Source: Rhodanobacteraceae bacterium
GTDB lineage: Bacteria; Pseudomonadota; Gammaproteobacteria; Xanthomonadales; SZUA-5
DNA: 64,000 nt
Reading direction: 5' to 3'
Assembly: GCA_016713135.1 (NCBI GenBank)
Contig: JADJPR010000023.1
Coordinates: 668,427 to 732,426 of the forward strand
The notes beneath the pieces were generated by a model that searched no databases, had not been told where the DNA came from, and saw nothing but the letters and a program-made list of their open reading frames with translations. The translations under genes were made by a program, and so were the position numbers. Below are positions 48,427-56,289 of this stretch, one piece after another (positions within the stretch are counted from its first letter, which is position 1; each line of letters begins with the position of its first letter).

Positions 48427-49659
48427 ATGACCCTGCCCCGGATCGACACCGAGTCCCTGATCATCGGCGCAGGTCCCTCGGGCGCGGTGGCGGCGGCAAT
48501 GCTGCGGCGGGCCGGTCGCGAGGTGCTGGTGCTGGAGCGCGAGTCCTTCCCGCGCTTCTCGATCGGCGAGAGCCTGTTGCCGCAGAGCATGCAGTACATC
48601 GAGGAGGCCGGCCTGCTGCGCGACGTGGTCGAGGCCGGCTTCCAGTTCAAGAACGGCGCCAGCTTCGTCTGGGGCGAGCGCCAGACCGCCTTCGATTTCC
48701 GCGACAAGTTCTCCCAAGGCTGGGGCACCACCTACCAGGTGCAACGTGCGCGCTTCGACCAGGTGCTGGCGGATGGCGCCGCGCGGATGGGCGCCGACGT
48801 GCGCTATCGCCATGAGGTGCTGGCGCTGGCGCCCGCGCGCGGCGCCTCGCTGGCGCGCGTGCGTGGGCCCGACGGCAGCGAGTTCGAGGTGGCAGCGCGC
48901 TTCGTGCTGGATGCCAGTGGATTCGGCCGCACCCTACCGCGGTTACTGGGCCTGGAGCGCCCGAGCGACTTCCCGGCGCGCGGCGCGATCTTCACCCACA
49001 TCCGCGACGGCGTGATGCCGGGCGCCTTCGACCGCGACAAGATCCGCATCACGGTGCACCCGCGCCATGTGGATGTGTGGTACTGGCTGATCCCCTTCTC
49101 GGACGGCCGATGCTCGATCGGCGTGGTTGCCCGCCGCGAGTTCCTCGAACAGTACGCCGGCAGCGAAACCGAACGCCTGCGCGCGCTGGTCGATGAGGAT
49201 CCCGCGTTGCGCGCCCTGCTCGCCAACGCCGGATGGGACACGCCCGCGCGCCAGATCGTCGGCTACGCGAGCAATGTGTCCGCGCTGTGGGGACCGGGCT
49301 ATGCCCTGCTCGGCAACGCCGGCGAGTTCCTCGACCCGGTGTTCTCCTCCGGCGTGACCATCGCGGTGAAGTCCGCCAGCCTCGCGGTGGCGGCGATCCG
49401 ACGCGAGATCGCGGGCGAGACGGTGGATTGGGAAGCGGATTACGCGCGTCCGCTGCGCGCGGGTGTCGATTGCTTCCGCGCCTTCGTCGAAGCCTGGTAC
49501 GCCGGCAGCTTCCAGAAAATCATCTTCCACGAACCGCAGCAGGCGGCGATCCGGCGGATGATCTCGTCGATCCTCGCCGGCTACGCCTGGGACAGCGCCA
49601 ATCCCTATGTGGCCGAGCCGCAACGCCGGCTGCGGGTGCTCGAGGGCCTGTGCGAATGA
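48427..49659 (+). CDS. FAD-dependent halogenase (410 aa)
   Basis: IIGAGPSGAVAA (GxGxxG), DVWYWLIPF (WxWxIP, a flavin-halogenase hallmark) and FLDPVFSSGV. Confidence 0.8.
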   Translation: MTLPRIDTESLIIGAGPSGAVAAAMLRRAGREVLVLERESFPRFSIGESLLPQSMQYIEEAGLLRDVVEAGFQFKNGASFVWGERQTAFDFRDKFSQGWGTTYQVQRARFDQVLADGAARMGADVRYRHEVLALAPARGASLARVRGPDGSEFEVAARFVLDASGFGRTLPRLLGLERPSDFPARGAIFTHIRDGVMPGAFDRDKIRITVHPRHVDVWYWLIPFSDGRCSIGVVARREFLEQYAGSETERLRALVDEDPALRALLANAGWDTPARQIVGYASNVSALWGPGYALLGNAGEFLDPVFSSGVTIAVKSASLAVAAIRREIAGETVDWEADYARPLRAGVDCFRAFVEAWYAGSFQKIIFHEPQQAAIRRMISSILAGYAWDSANPYVAEPQRRLRVLEGLCE

Positions 49660-50198
49660 GGGGGCCGACGCTGCTGGCCGCCACCCTGCTGCTTGCGGCC
49701 TGTGCAAACGCGCCGCGCCGGCCGTCGCCATCGCCGGCCCTGCGCCTGGCGCCGGCCGCGCTCGATGCCAGGCTGTCGCTGCAGCAGCGATTGACGGTCA
49801 GCCAAGGCGCGCGCGTCCAGCGCGCGGACGCGCTGCTGGAAGTCGATCGCGACGCCCTGCGCCTGGTTCTGCTGGTGGGACCCAGGCGCATGCTGACGCT
49901 GGTGTTCGACGGCGAGTCCATCGTGCAACAGCGCGATCCGGCCCTGCCCGAGGCCCTGGCGGGCGAGCGCTTCGTCGACGACATCCAGCTGGCCTACTGG
50001 CCCGCGGCGGCGATCCGCGCGGCCCTGCCGCCGGGATGGACTCTCGACGAATCGCCGCTGCGACGCACCCTGCGCCAGGCTGGCGCGGCGGCCGTCGAAG
50101 TGCGCTATTCGCAAACGCCGCGCTGGCTCGGGCACATCGAGATCCACCACCTGGGCCAGGACTACCGGCTCGCCATCGATTCGGCGGCGCAGCCATGA
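49656..50198 (+). CDS. lipoprotein, DUF3261-like (180 aa)
   Basis: MRGPTLLAATLLLAACAN is a lipobox. ATGA overlap with the halogenase. Its position matches the DUF3261 gene of aryl-polyene clusters (from memory). Confidence 0.7.
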   Translation: MRGPTLLAATLLLAACANAPRRPSPSPALRLAPAALDARLSLQQRLTVSQGARVQRADALLEVDRDALRLVLLVGPRRMLTLVFDGESIVQQRDPALPEALAGERFVDDIQLAYWPAAAIRAALPPGWTLDESPLRRTLRQAGAAAVEVRYSQTPRWLGHIEIHHLGQDYRLAIDSAAQP

Positions 50199-51382
50199 GC
50201 GCGCAGGTCTACCTGCACGGACTCGGGCTGGTGTGCGCGCTGGGCGCGGATGCCGCGAGTGCCCGACAGGGCTTGCTGCGCAGCGATACGCCCGGCGGTG
50301 TCGCGCCGACCGAGGCCTGCAGCCCCGGCCGCAGCCTGCACCTGGGCGTGGCTGCCGGCGCGTGGCGCGCACGCGAGGACTGGCCGCTGCCGCTGCGCAG
50401 CCGCAACAACGCCTTGCTCGATGGCGCGCTGGCAGGGCTGCAGCCAACCCTGGCGTGCGCGTTGCCAGGGGTGGATCCGGCGCGCGTAGGCGTGGTCATC
50501 GGCAGCAGCACCTCGGGGATCGCCGAGGGCGAGGACGCAGTGGCGGCGCTGGTGCGCGAGGGGCGGATGCCGCGCGGATTTCACTTCGGGCAGCAGGATT
50601 TGTCTTCGGCCGCGCGCTTCGTTGCGGCGCAAACCGGCGCGCGCGGGCCAGCGATGACTGTGTCGACCGCGTGCTCTTCCGGCGCGAAGGCGCTGGCGAG
50701 CGCCGCGCGCTGGCTGCGTACCGGCCTGTGCGACGCGGTCATCGCCGGCGGCGCAGACAGCCTGTGCGCCTTCACCGTGGCCGGTTTCGCCGCGCTGGAA
50801 TCGGTCAGCGCCGAGCGCTGCAACCCGTCCAGCCGCAACCGCCGCGGCATCAACATCGGCGAAGGCGCCGCACTGTTCCTGCTGACGCGCAAGCCGGGCC
50901 CGGTGCGCCTGTCGGGCTGGGGCGAGAGCTCGGACGCGCACCATATCTCGGCGCCCGAGCCGCAGGGACGCGGGGCGGAAGCGGCGATGCGCGAGGCGCT
51001 CCGGCGCGCTGGCCTGGCGGCGGAGGACATCGATTACATCAACCTGCACGGCACCGCGACCGCGCACAACGACCTGGCCGAGAGCCTCGCCGTGCAGCGG
51101 GTCTTCGGCGAACGCCCGTGGTGCAGTTCGACCAAGCCACTGACCGGACACGCGCTCGGCGCCGCCGGCGCGATCGAGGCGGGCTTCTGCTGGATGCTGC
51201 TGCAGGACAATCCGGACGGCCGGCTACCGCCGCACTGGTGGGACGGCGCGGCCGACCCGGCGCTCGCGCCGCTGCGCCTGGTGCCGCCGGGCGCGCGCCT
51301 GGGGCGCGCACCGCGCCATCTGCTCAGCAACTCCTTCGCCTTCGGCGGCAACAACGCCTGCCTGCTGCTGTCCGCGGAATAG
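50195..51382 (+). CDS. beta-ketoacyl-ACP synthase (395 aa)
   Basis: VSTACSSGAKAL (active Cys), LHGTATAHND and TGHALGAAGAIE (His/His). Confidence 0.9.
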   Translation: MSAQVYLHGLGLVCALGADAASARQGLLRSDTPGGVAPTEACSPGRSLHLGVAAGAWRAREDWPLPLRSRNNALLDGALAGLQPTLACALPGVDPARVGVVIGSSTSGIAEGEDAVAALVREGRMPRGFHFGQQDLSSAARFVAAQTGARGPAMTVSTACSSGAKALASAARWLRTGLCDAVIAGGADSLCAFTVAGFAALESVSAERCNPSSRNRRGINIGEGAALFLLTRKPGPVRLSGWGESSDAHHISAPEPQGRGAEAAMREALRRAGLAAEDIDYINLHGTATAHNDLAESLAVQRVFGERPWCSSTKPLTGHALGAAGAIEAGFCWMLLQDNPDGRLPPHWWDGAADPALAPLRLVPPGARLGRAPRHLLSNSFAFGGNNACLLLSAE

Positions 51383-51384
51383 CC

Positions 51385-51819
51385 ATGCGCGCCTGCGAGA
51401 TCCCGATTGTCGAGCTTTTGCCGCATGCGCCACCGATGGTGTTGCTGGACCGCGTCGTCGACGCCGCCGACGAGCACCTGACCGCCTCCGTCACCCTGCG
51501 CAGCGACTCCGAGTTCTGCCGCGAGGGCCGCGTCGGCGCCTGGGTCGGCATCGAATACATGGCCCAGGCCGTCGCCGCCTGGTCGGGCTGGCAGGCCCGC
51601 CTGCGCGGGGAGCCGGTCAAGGTCGGCTTCCTGCTCGGCACCCGACGCTACGACGCCCTGCGCCCCGAGTTTCTGGTCGGCGAGACCCTGCTGGTATTCG
51701 TCGAGCGCGAATTCCAGGCCGACAACGGCCTCGCCCGCTTCCGCGCCGAGATCCGCTGCGGCGAGGAGCTGTGCGCGCAGGCCAGCATCAGCGTGTACGA
51801 GCCGGCCGGGGCCGGTTAA
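51385..51819 (+). CDS. hot-dog fold 3-hydroxyacyl-ACP dehydratase-like protein (144 aa)
   Basis: ELLPHAPPMVLLDRVV...GIEYMAQAVAAW. The stop TAA (51817-51819) lies inside the terminal inverted repeat of the element at 51812-52134. Confidence 0.75.
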   Translation: MRACEIPIVELLPHAPPMVLLDRVVDAADEHLTASVTLRSDSEFCREGRVGAWVGIEYMAQAVAAWSGWQARLRGEPVKVGFLLGTRRYDALRPEFLVGETLLVFVEREFQADNGLARFRAEIRCGEELCAQASISVYEPAGAG

Positions 51820-52134
51820 ACGCGGAGACGCAGAGGGCGCGGAGAAAAGCGCCGAGAAGGCAGGAGGGTTCGGCGGCCGGAAACGGGTTGTCTCGCGGGC
51901 CGGACAAAGAGCAGGACGCAGAGAACGCAGAGGAGAAGCAGAGAGATCACAGAGGGAGCGGGCCATTCCTGTGCCCGCTGGAACGTCGTTCTTTGCCTTC
52001 TCCGCGATCTCTCTGCCTTTCCTCTGCGCTCTCTGCGTCCTGCTTCGTCCTCGGTCCCCGGCGATGCCCGACCGTGCCCTGCCGCACCCTCTGCTGCTCT
52101 TCTCCGCGCTCTCTGCGTCTCCGCGTTTAACCGG
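51812..52134. mobile_element. MITE-like element with CCGGTTAAACGCGGAGACGCAGAG termini, copy 2
   Basis: Perfect 24-nt terminal inverted repeats. An internal second hairpin is built from GCAGAGA-type oligomers. It lies between the dehydratase and ketoreductase genes. Confidence 0.85.
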
Positions 52135-52212
52135 CATCGATCGCGCGCTGACCGGCATCCTCATTCGTCGCAGTCGTGAATAATGCGTGGACCTTTCCCT
52201 GCCTGCCGCACC

Positions 52213-52947
52213 ATGCCCCAACGCCCATCCGTCCTCGTCACCGGTTCCTCGCGCGGTATCGGGCGCGCGATCGCCTTGCGCCTGGCGCGCGATGGCTACG
52301 ATCCGGTGCTGCATTGCCGCTCGCGCATCGACGAGGCCGCGGCGGTGGCGGCCGAAATCGCCGGGCTGGGCGGGCGCAGCCGGATCCTGATCTTCGATGT
52401 GGCCGATCGCGCCGCCACGGCGCACTCGCTGCATGCCGACATCGAGGCCCACGGCTGCTACTACGGGGTGGTCTGCAACGCCGGCATCACGCGCGACAAC
52501 GCCTTCCCGGCAATGCCGGGCAGCGACTGGGATGCGGTGATCCACACCAACCTGGACGCCTTCTACAACGTGCTGCACCCGCTGGTGATGCCGCTGGTGC
52601 GCCGGCGCGCGCCGGGGCGCATCGTGACCCTGGCCTCGGTGTCGGGGCAGATGGGCAATCGCGGCCAGGTCAACTACAGCGCCGCCAAGGCCGGCGTCAT
52701 CGGCGCCACCAAGGCGCTGGCGGTGGAACTGGCCAAGCGCCAGATCACGGTCAATTGCGTCGCACCCGGGGTGATCGAGTCCGACATGATCACGCCCGAG
52801 ATTCTCGAGCACGCGCTGCCGATCATCCCGGCACAGCGCGCCGGCAAGCCGGAGGAAGTCGCCGCGCTGGTCAGTTTCCTTCTGTCGCCTGATGCGGCAT
52901 ACATCACCCGCCAGGTCATCGCGGTCAACGGCGGGATGTATTCATGA
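52213..52947 (+). CDS. 3-oxoacyl-ACP reductase (SDR, FabG-like, 244 aa)
   Basis: VLVTGSSRGIGRAIA, NAG, YSAAKAG (YxxxK). Confidence 0.9.
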   Translation: MPQRPSVLVTGSSRGIGRAIALRLARDGYDPVLHCRSRIDEAAAVAAEIAGLGGRSRILIFDVADRAATAHSLHADIEAHGCYYGVVCNAGITRDNAFPAMPGSDWDAVIHTNLDAFYNVLHPLVMPLVRRRAPGRIVTLASVSGQMGNRGQVNYSAAKAGVIGATKALAVELAKRQITVNCVAPGVIESDMITPEILEHALPIIPAQRAGKPEEVAALVSFLLSPDAAYITRQVIAVNGGMYS

Positions 52948-54167
52948 AGCGCGTGGTCATCAGTGGCATCGGCGGCATCAGTCCGCTCGGCAACGACTGG
53001 CCGACGATCGCCGCGCGCCTGCGCGAGGTGCGCAATGCGGTGGCGCGGGTGCCGGACTGGGAACCCTACGACGGGCTCAACACCAAGCTCGGCGCGGCGG
53101 CCGCGGATTTCGAACTCCCGGCGCACTACAACCGCAAGACCATGCGCGCGATGGGCCGCGTGGCGCTGCTCGCCACCCGCAGCGCCGAGCTGGCGCTGGA
53201 GGACGCCGGCCTGCTCGGCGATCCCCTGCTCAAGAGCGGCCGCGTGGGCATCTCCTACGGCTCCTCGGCGGGCTCGCCCAAGGCGATCGGGGACTTCGGC
53301 CGGATGCTGCAGAACAAGTCCACCGAGGGCATCAACGCCACCACCTACATCCGCATGATGAGCCACACCACGGTGGCCAACATCAGCGTGTTCTTCGGCA
53401 TCTGCGGGCGGGTGATCACCACGTCCAGCGCCTGCACCTCGTCGAGCCAGGGCATCGGCTATGCCTATGAGGCGATCCGCCAGGGCAAGCAAGTGGCGAT
53501 GGTCGCCGGCGGCGCGGAGGAGCTCGACCCCACCGCGGCGGCGGTGTTCGACACCCTGTTCGCCACCAGCACGCGCAATGACACGCCGCAGGCCACGCCA
53601 CGCCCTTTCGACGCCGAGCGCGACGGCCTGGTGCTCGGCGAAGGCGGCTGCACCTTCATCCTGGAGGAACGCGAGCACGCGCTGGCGCGCGGCGCGAAGG
53701 TCTACGCCGAGATCATCGGCTACGGCACCAACTGCGATGGCTTGCACGTCACCCAGCCCAATCCGGACACCATGCAGGTCGCGATGCGCCTGGCGCTGGA
53801 CGATGCCGGCCTGACGCCGGAAGAGATCGGCTACGTCAACGCGCATGGCACCGCCACCGACCATGGCGATGTCGCGGAATCCCAGGCCACCGCCGGCCTG
53901 TTCGGCCCGCGCATGCCGATCAGCTCGCTCAAGAGCTACATGGGCCACACGCTCGGCGCCTGCGGCGCGCTGGAAGCGTGGATGACGGTGATGATGATGA
54001 ACGAGGGCTGGTTCGCGCCCACCGCCAACCTCCAGCGCATCGACCCGCGCTGCGCCGAGCTCGATTACATCCGCGACCGACCGCGGGTGCTCGATACCGA
54101 GTTTGTCATGAGCAACAACTTCGCATTCGGCGGAATCAACACCTCGCTGGTGTTCCGGCGCGTCTGA
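52944..54167 (+). CDS. beta-ketoacyl-ACP synthase (FabF/FabB-like, 407 aa)
   Basis: TTSSACTSSSQGIG (Cys), NAHGTATDHGD, MGHTLGACGALE. Confidence 0.9.
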   Translation: MKRVVISGIGGISPLGNDWPTIAARLREVRNAVARVPDWEPYDGLNTKLGAAAADFELPAHYNRKTMRAMGRVALLATRSAELALEDAGLLGDPLLKSGRVGISYGSSAGSPKAIGDFGRMLQNKSTEGINATTYIRMMSHTTVANISVFFGICGRVITTSSACTSSSQGIGYAYEAIRQGKQVAMVAGGAEELDPTAAAVFDTLFATSTRNDTPQATPRPFDAERDGLVLGEGGCTFILEEREHALARGAKVYAEIIGYGTNCDGLHVTQPNPDTMQVAMRLALDDAGLTPEEIGYVNAHGTATDHGDVAESQATAGLFGPRMPISSLKSYMGHTLGACGALEAWMTVMMMNEGWFAPTANLQRIDPRCAELDYIRDRPRVLDTEFVMSNNFAFGGINTSLVFRRV

Positions 54168-54301
54168 GGCGGCGCGGATTGCGGGCGGTGACTGCCGCCT
54201 GCCGCGCCTTGCCACCCCGGTGCGGCTGCGGCAACATCGGGTTACACACGGTTGCAGCGCTTGCACCCGGTATTCACTCAAGACAGCACGGAGCCAGGGC
54301 C

Positions 54302-54736
54302 ATGAACAAAGCCATCCTGATCGTCGCGGCAACCTGGGCTTGTGCCCTGGCCGGACAGGCGCAGGCGCGCGACACCCGCCTGCTGCTGCCGGTCGATGAC
54401 GCCATCAAGCAGGGCCGCAGCGAGGGCATCATCGGCGACGACATCGCCTTCCGCTTCGGCAACGGCAACCGCGGCGGGCACGCCAAGACCATCGGCACCG
54501 AGGTCGCCAACCGCAAGACCAATGCACTCAACAAGAGCGATGTGGAGGCCTGCAACTGGGTCTTCCTGTCCTCCCTCAAGGCGCTGCAGGAAGGTGCCCG
54601 CGGGGTCAATGCCAAGGCCGTGGTCGAGATCGTCAGCTATTACAAGAAGCGCGAGTTCTCCAGTGCCACCGAATTCGAGTGCCATGTCGGCACCCTGATG
54701 GCGGGTGTGGCGCTGAAGGGCAGTTACGCGAAGTAG
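54302..54736 (+). CDS. conserved small exported protein (144 aa)
   Basis: Signal peptide MNKAILIVAATWACALAGQAQA, then ...NKSDVEACNWVFLSSLKALQEGARG...YYKKREFSSATEFECHVGTLMAGVALKG. As I recall, this family is often mis-annotated as an excinuclease ATPase subunit. Confidence 0.6.
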   Translation: MNKAILIVAATWACALAGQAQARDTRLLLPVDDAIKQGRSEGIIGDDIAFRFGNGNRGGHAKTIGTEVANRKTNALNKSDVEACNWVFLSSLKALQEGARGVNAKAVVEIVSYYKKREFSSATEFECHVGTLMAGVALKGSYAK

Positions 54737-54747
54737 CCGGACAGCTC

Positions 54748-56223
54748 ATGTTCGAATCCGCCGAAGTCGGCCATCGCATCGGCAAAGTTGAATACGCGCG
54801 CCAGGAACCGCTGCTGCGCGAAGCTTTGCTGAAGGCGCAATACCGCCTGCTCGAGGACGCGAGCTTCCCGGTGGTGATCGTCATCGGCGGGGTCGATGGC
54901 GCCGGCAAGGGCGAGACCGTCAACCTGCTCAACGAGTGGATGGACCCGCGCCACATCGTCACCCGCGCCTTCGGCACACCCACCGACGAGGAAGCGCAGC
55001 GGCCACCAATGTGGCGTTTCTGGCGCGCGCTGCCGCCGAAGGGGCGCATCGGCATCCTGTTCGGGTCCTGGTACACCGAGCCGATCGTGCGCCGCGCCGA
55101 GGGTGAGATCGGCAAGTCGGAGTTGGTCGAACACATCGAGCAGATCCGCCACTTCGAACGCATGCTGGTCGCCGAAGGCGCGCTGGTGCTGAAGTTCTGG
55201 TTCCACCTGTCGCACGCTGCGCAGAAGAAGCGCCTGCAGGCTTTGTCCGATGACCCGGACACGCGCTGGCGCGTGACCGACACCGACTGGCACCGCTTCC
55301 GCCGTTACCAGCGCTATCGCAAGGTGTCCGAACTGACCCTGCGCGAGACCAGCACTGGCGATGCGCCGTGGGTGATCGTCGAGGGTCACGATCCGGGCTA
55401 CCGCTCGCTGACCGTCGGCCAGCACCTGCTCGACGCACTGAATGAGCGACTGGCGCATCCGGCGCCGAAGCTCACCGCAGCGCCCGCTCCACTGTCGCCG
55501 CAGCTCGACCCGCGCAATGTGCTGAATGCGCTCGACTACACGAAATCGCTGGCACGCAAGGCCTACAAGCGGCAACTGGAGAAGTACCAGGGCCGGCTCA
55601 ACCTGCTGACCCGCGACCGCGCCTTCCGCGGGCGCTCGCTGATCGTGGTGTTCGAAGGCCAGGACGCCGCCGGCAAGGGCAGCAGCATCCGGCGCATCAC
55701 CGGGGCGCTCGACGCGCGGCACTACCAGGTGATCCCGATCGCCGCGCCGACCCAGGAGGAACGCGCGCAACCCTACCTGTGGCGCTTCTGGCGCCATTTG
55801 CCGCTGCGCGGGCGAGTCACGATCTTCGACCGCTCGTGGTACGGACGGGTGCTGGTCGAGCGGGTCGAAGGCTATTGCGCCGAGGCCGACTGGATGCGCG
55901 CCTATCACGAGATCAACGAGTTCGAGGAACAGCTGGCGCGCAGCGGCGCGATCGTCGTCAAGTTCTGGCTCGCGATCACGCCGGAAGAGCAGCTCAAGCG
56001 CTTCAACGCGCGTGCGGAGATTCCGTTCAAGAGCTTCAAGATCACAAGCGAGGACTGGCGCAACCGCGACCGCTGGGGCGCCTACGAACAGGCGGTGTGC
56101 GACATGGTCGAGCGCACCAGCACCGACACCGCGCCCTGGCACCTGATTCCGGCCAACGACAAGCTGCACGCGCGCATCGCGATCCTCAAGCGCCTGTGCG
56201 CCGCGATTGAGGCCGGCGACTGA
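54748..56223 (+). CDS. two-domain polyphosphate kinase 2 (polyphosphate:AMP phosphotransferase type, 491 aa)
   Basis: Two PPK2 modules with Walker A motifs GGVDGAGKGE and EGQDAAGKGS, and RFWR(A/H)LP repeated in both halves. Confidence 0.9.
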   Translation: MFESAEVGHRIGKVEYARQEPLLREALLKAQYRLLEDASFPVVIVIGGVDGAGKGETVNLLNEWMDPRHIVTRAFGTPTDEEAQRPPMWRFWRALPPKGRIGILFGSWYTEPIVRRAEGEIGKSELVEHIEQIRHFERMLVAEGALVLKFWFHLSHAAQKKRLQALSDDPDTRWRVTDTDWHRFRRYQRYRKVSELTLRETSTGDAPWVIVEGHDPGYRSLTVGQHLLDALNERLAHPAPKLTAAPAPLSPQLDPRNVLNALDYTKSLARKAYKRQLEKYQGRLNLLTRDRAFRGRSLIVVFEGQDAAGKGSSIRRITGALDARHYQVIPIAAPTQEERAQPYLWRFWRHLPLRGRVTIFDRSWYGRVLVERVEGYCAEADWMRAYHEINEFEEQLARSGAIVVKFWLAITPEEQLKRFNARAEIPFKSFKITSEDWRNRDRWGAYEQAVCDMVERTSTDTAPWHLIPANDKLHARIAILKRLCAAIEAGD

Positions 56224-56289
56224 CGCGCTCTGCCCTGACGCTGCGGGCTGCGCTATGTTGCGGGCTCCTTCCCGACGGGTATCGACGCG

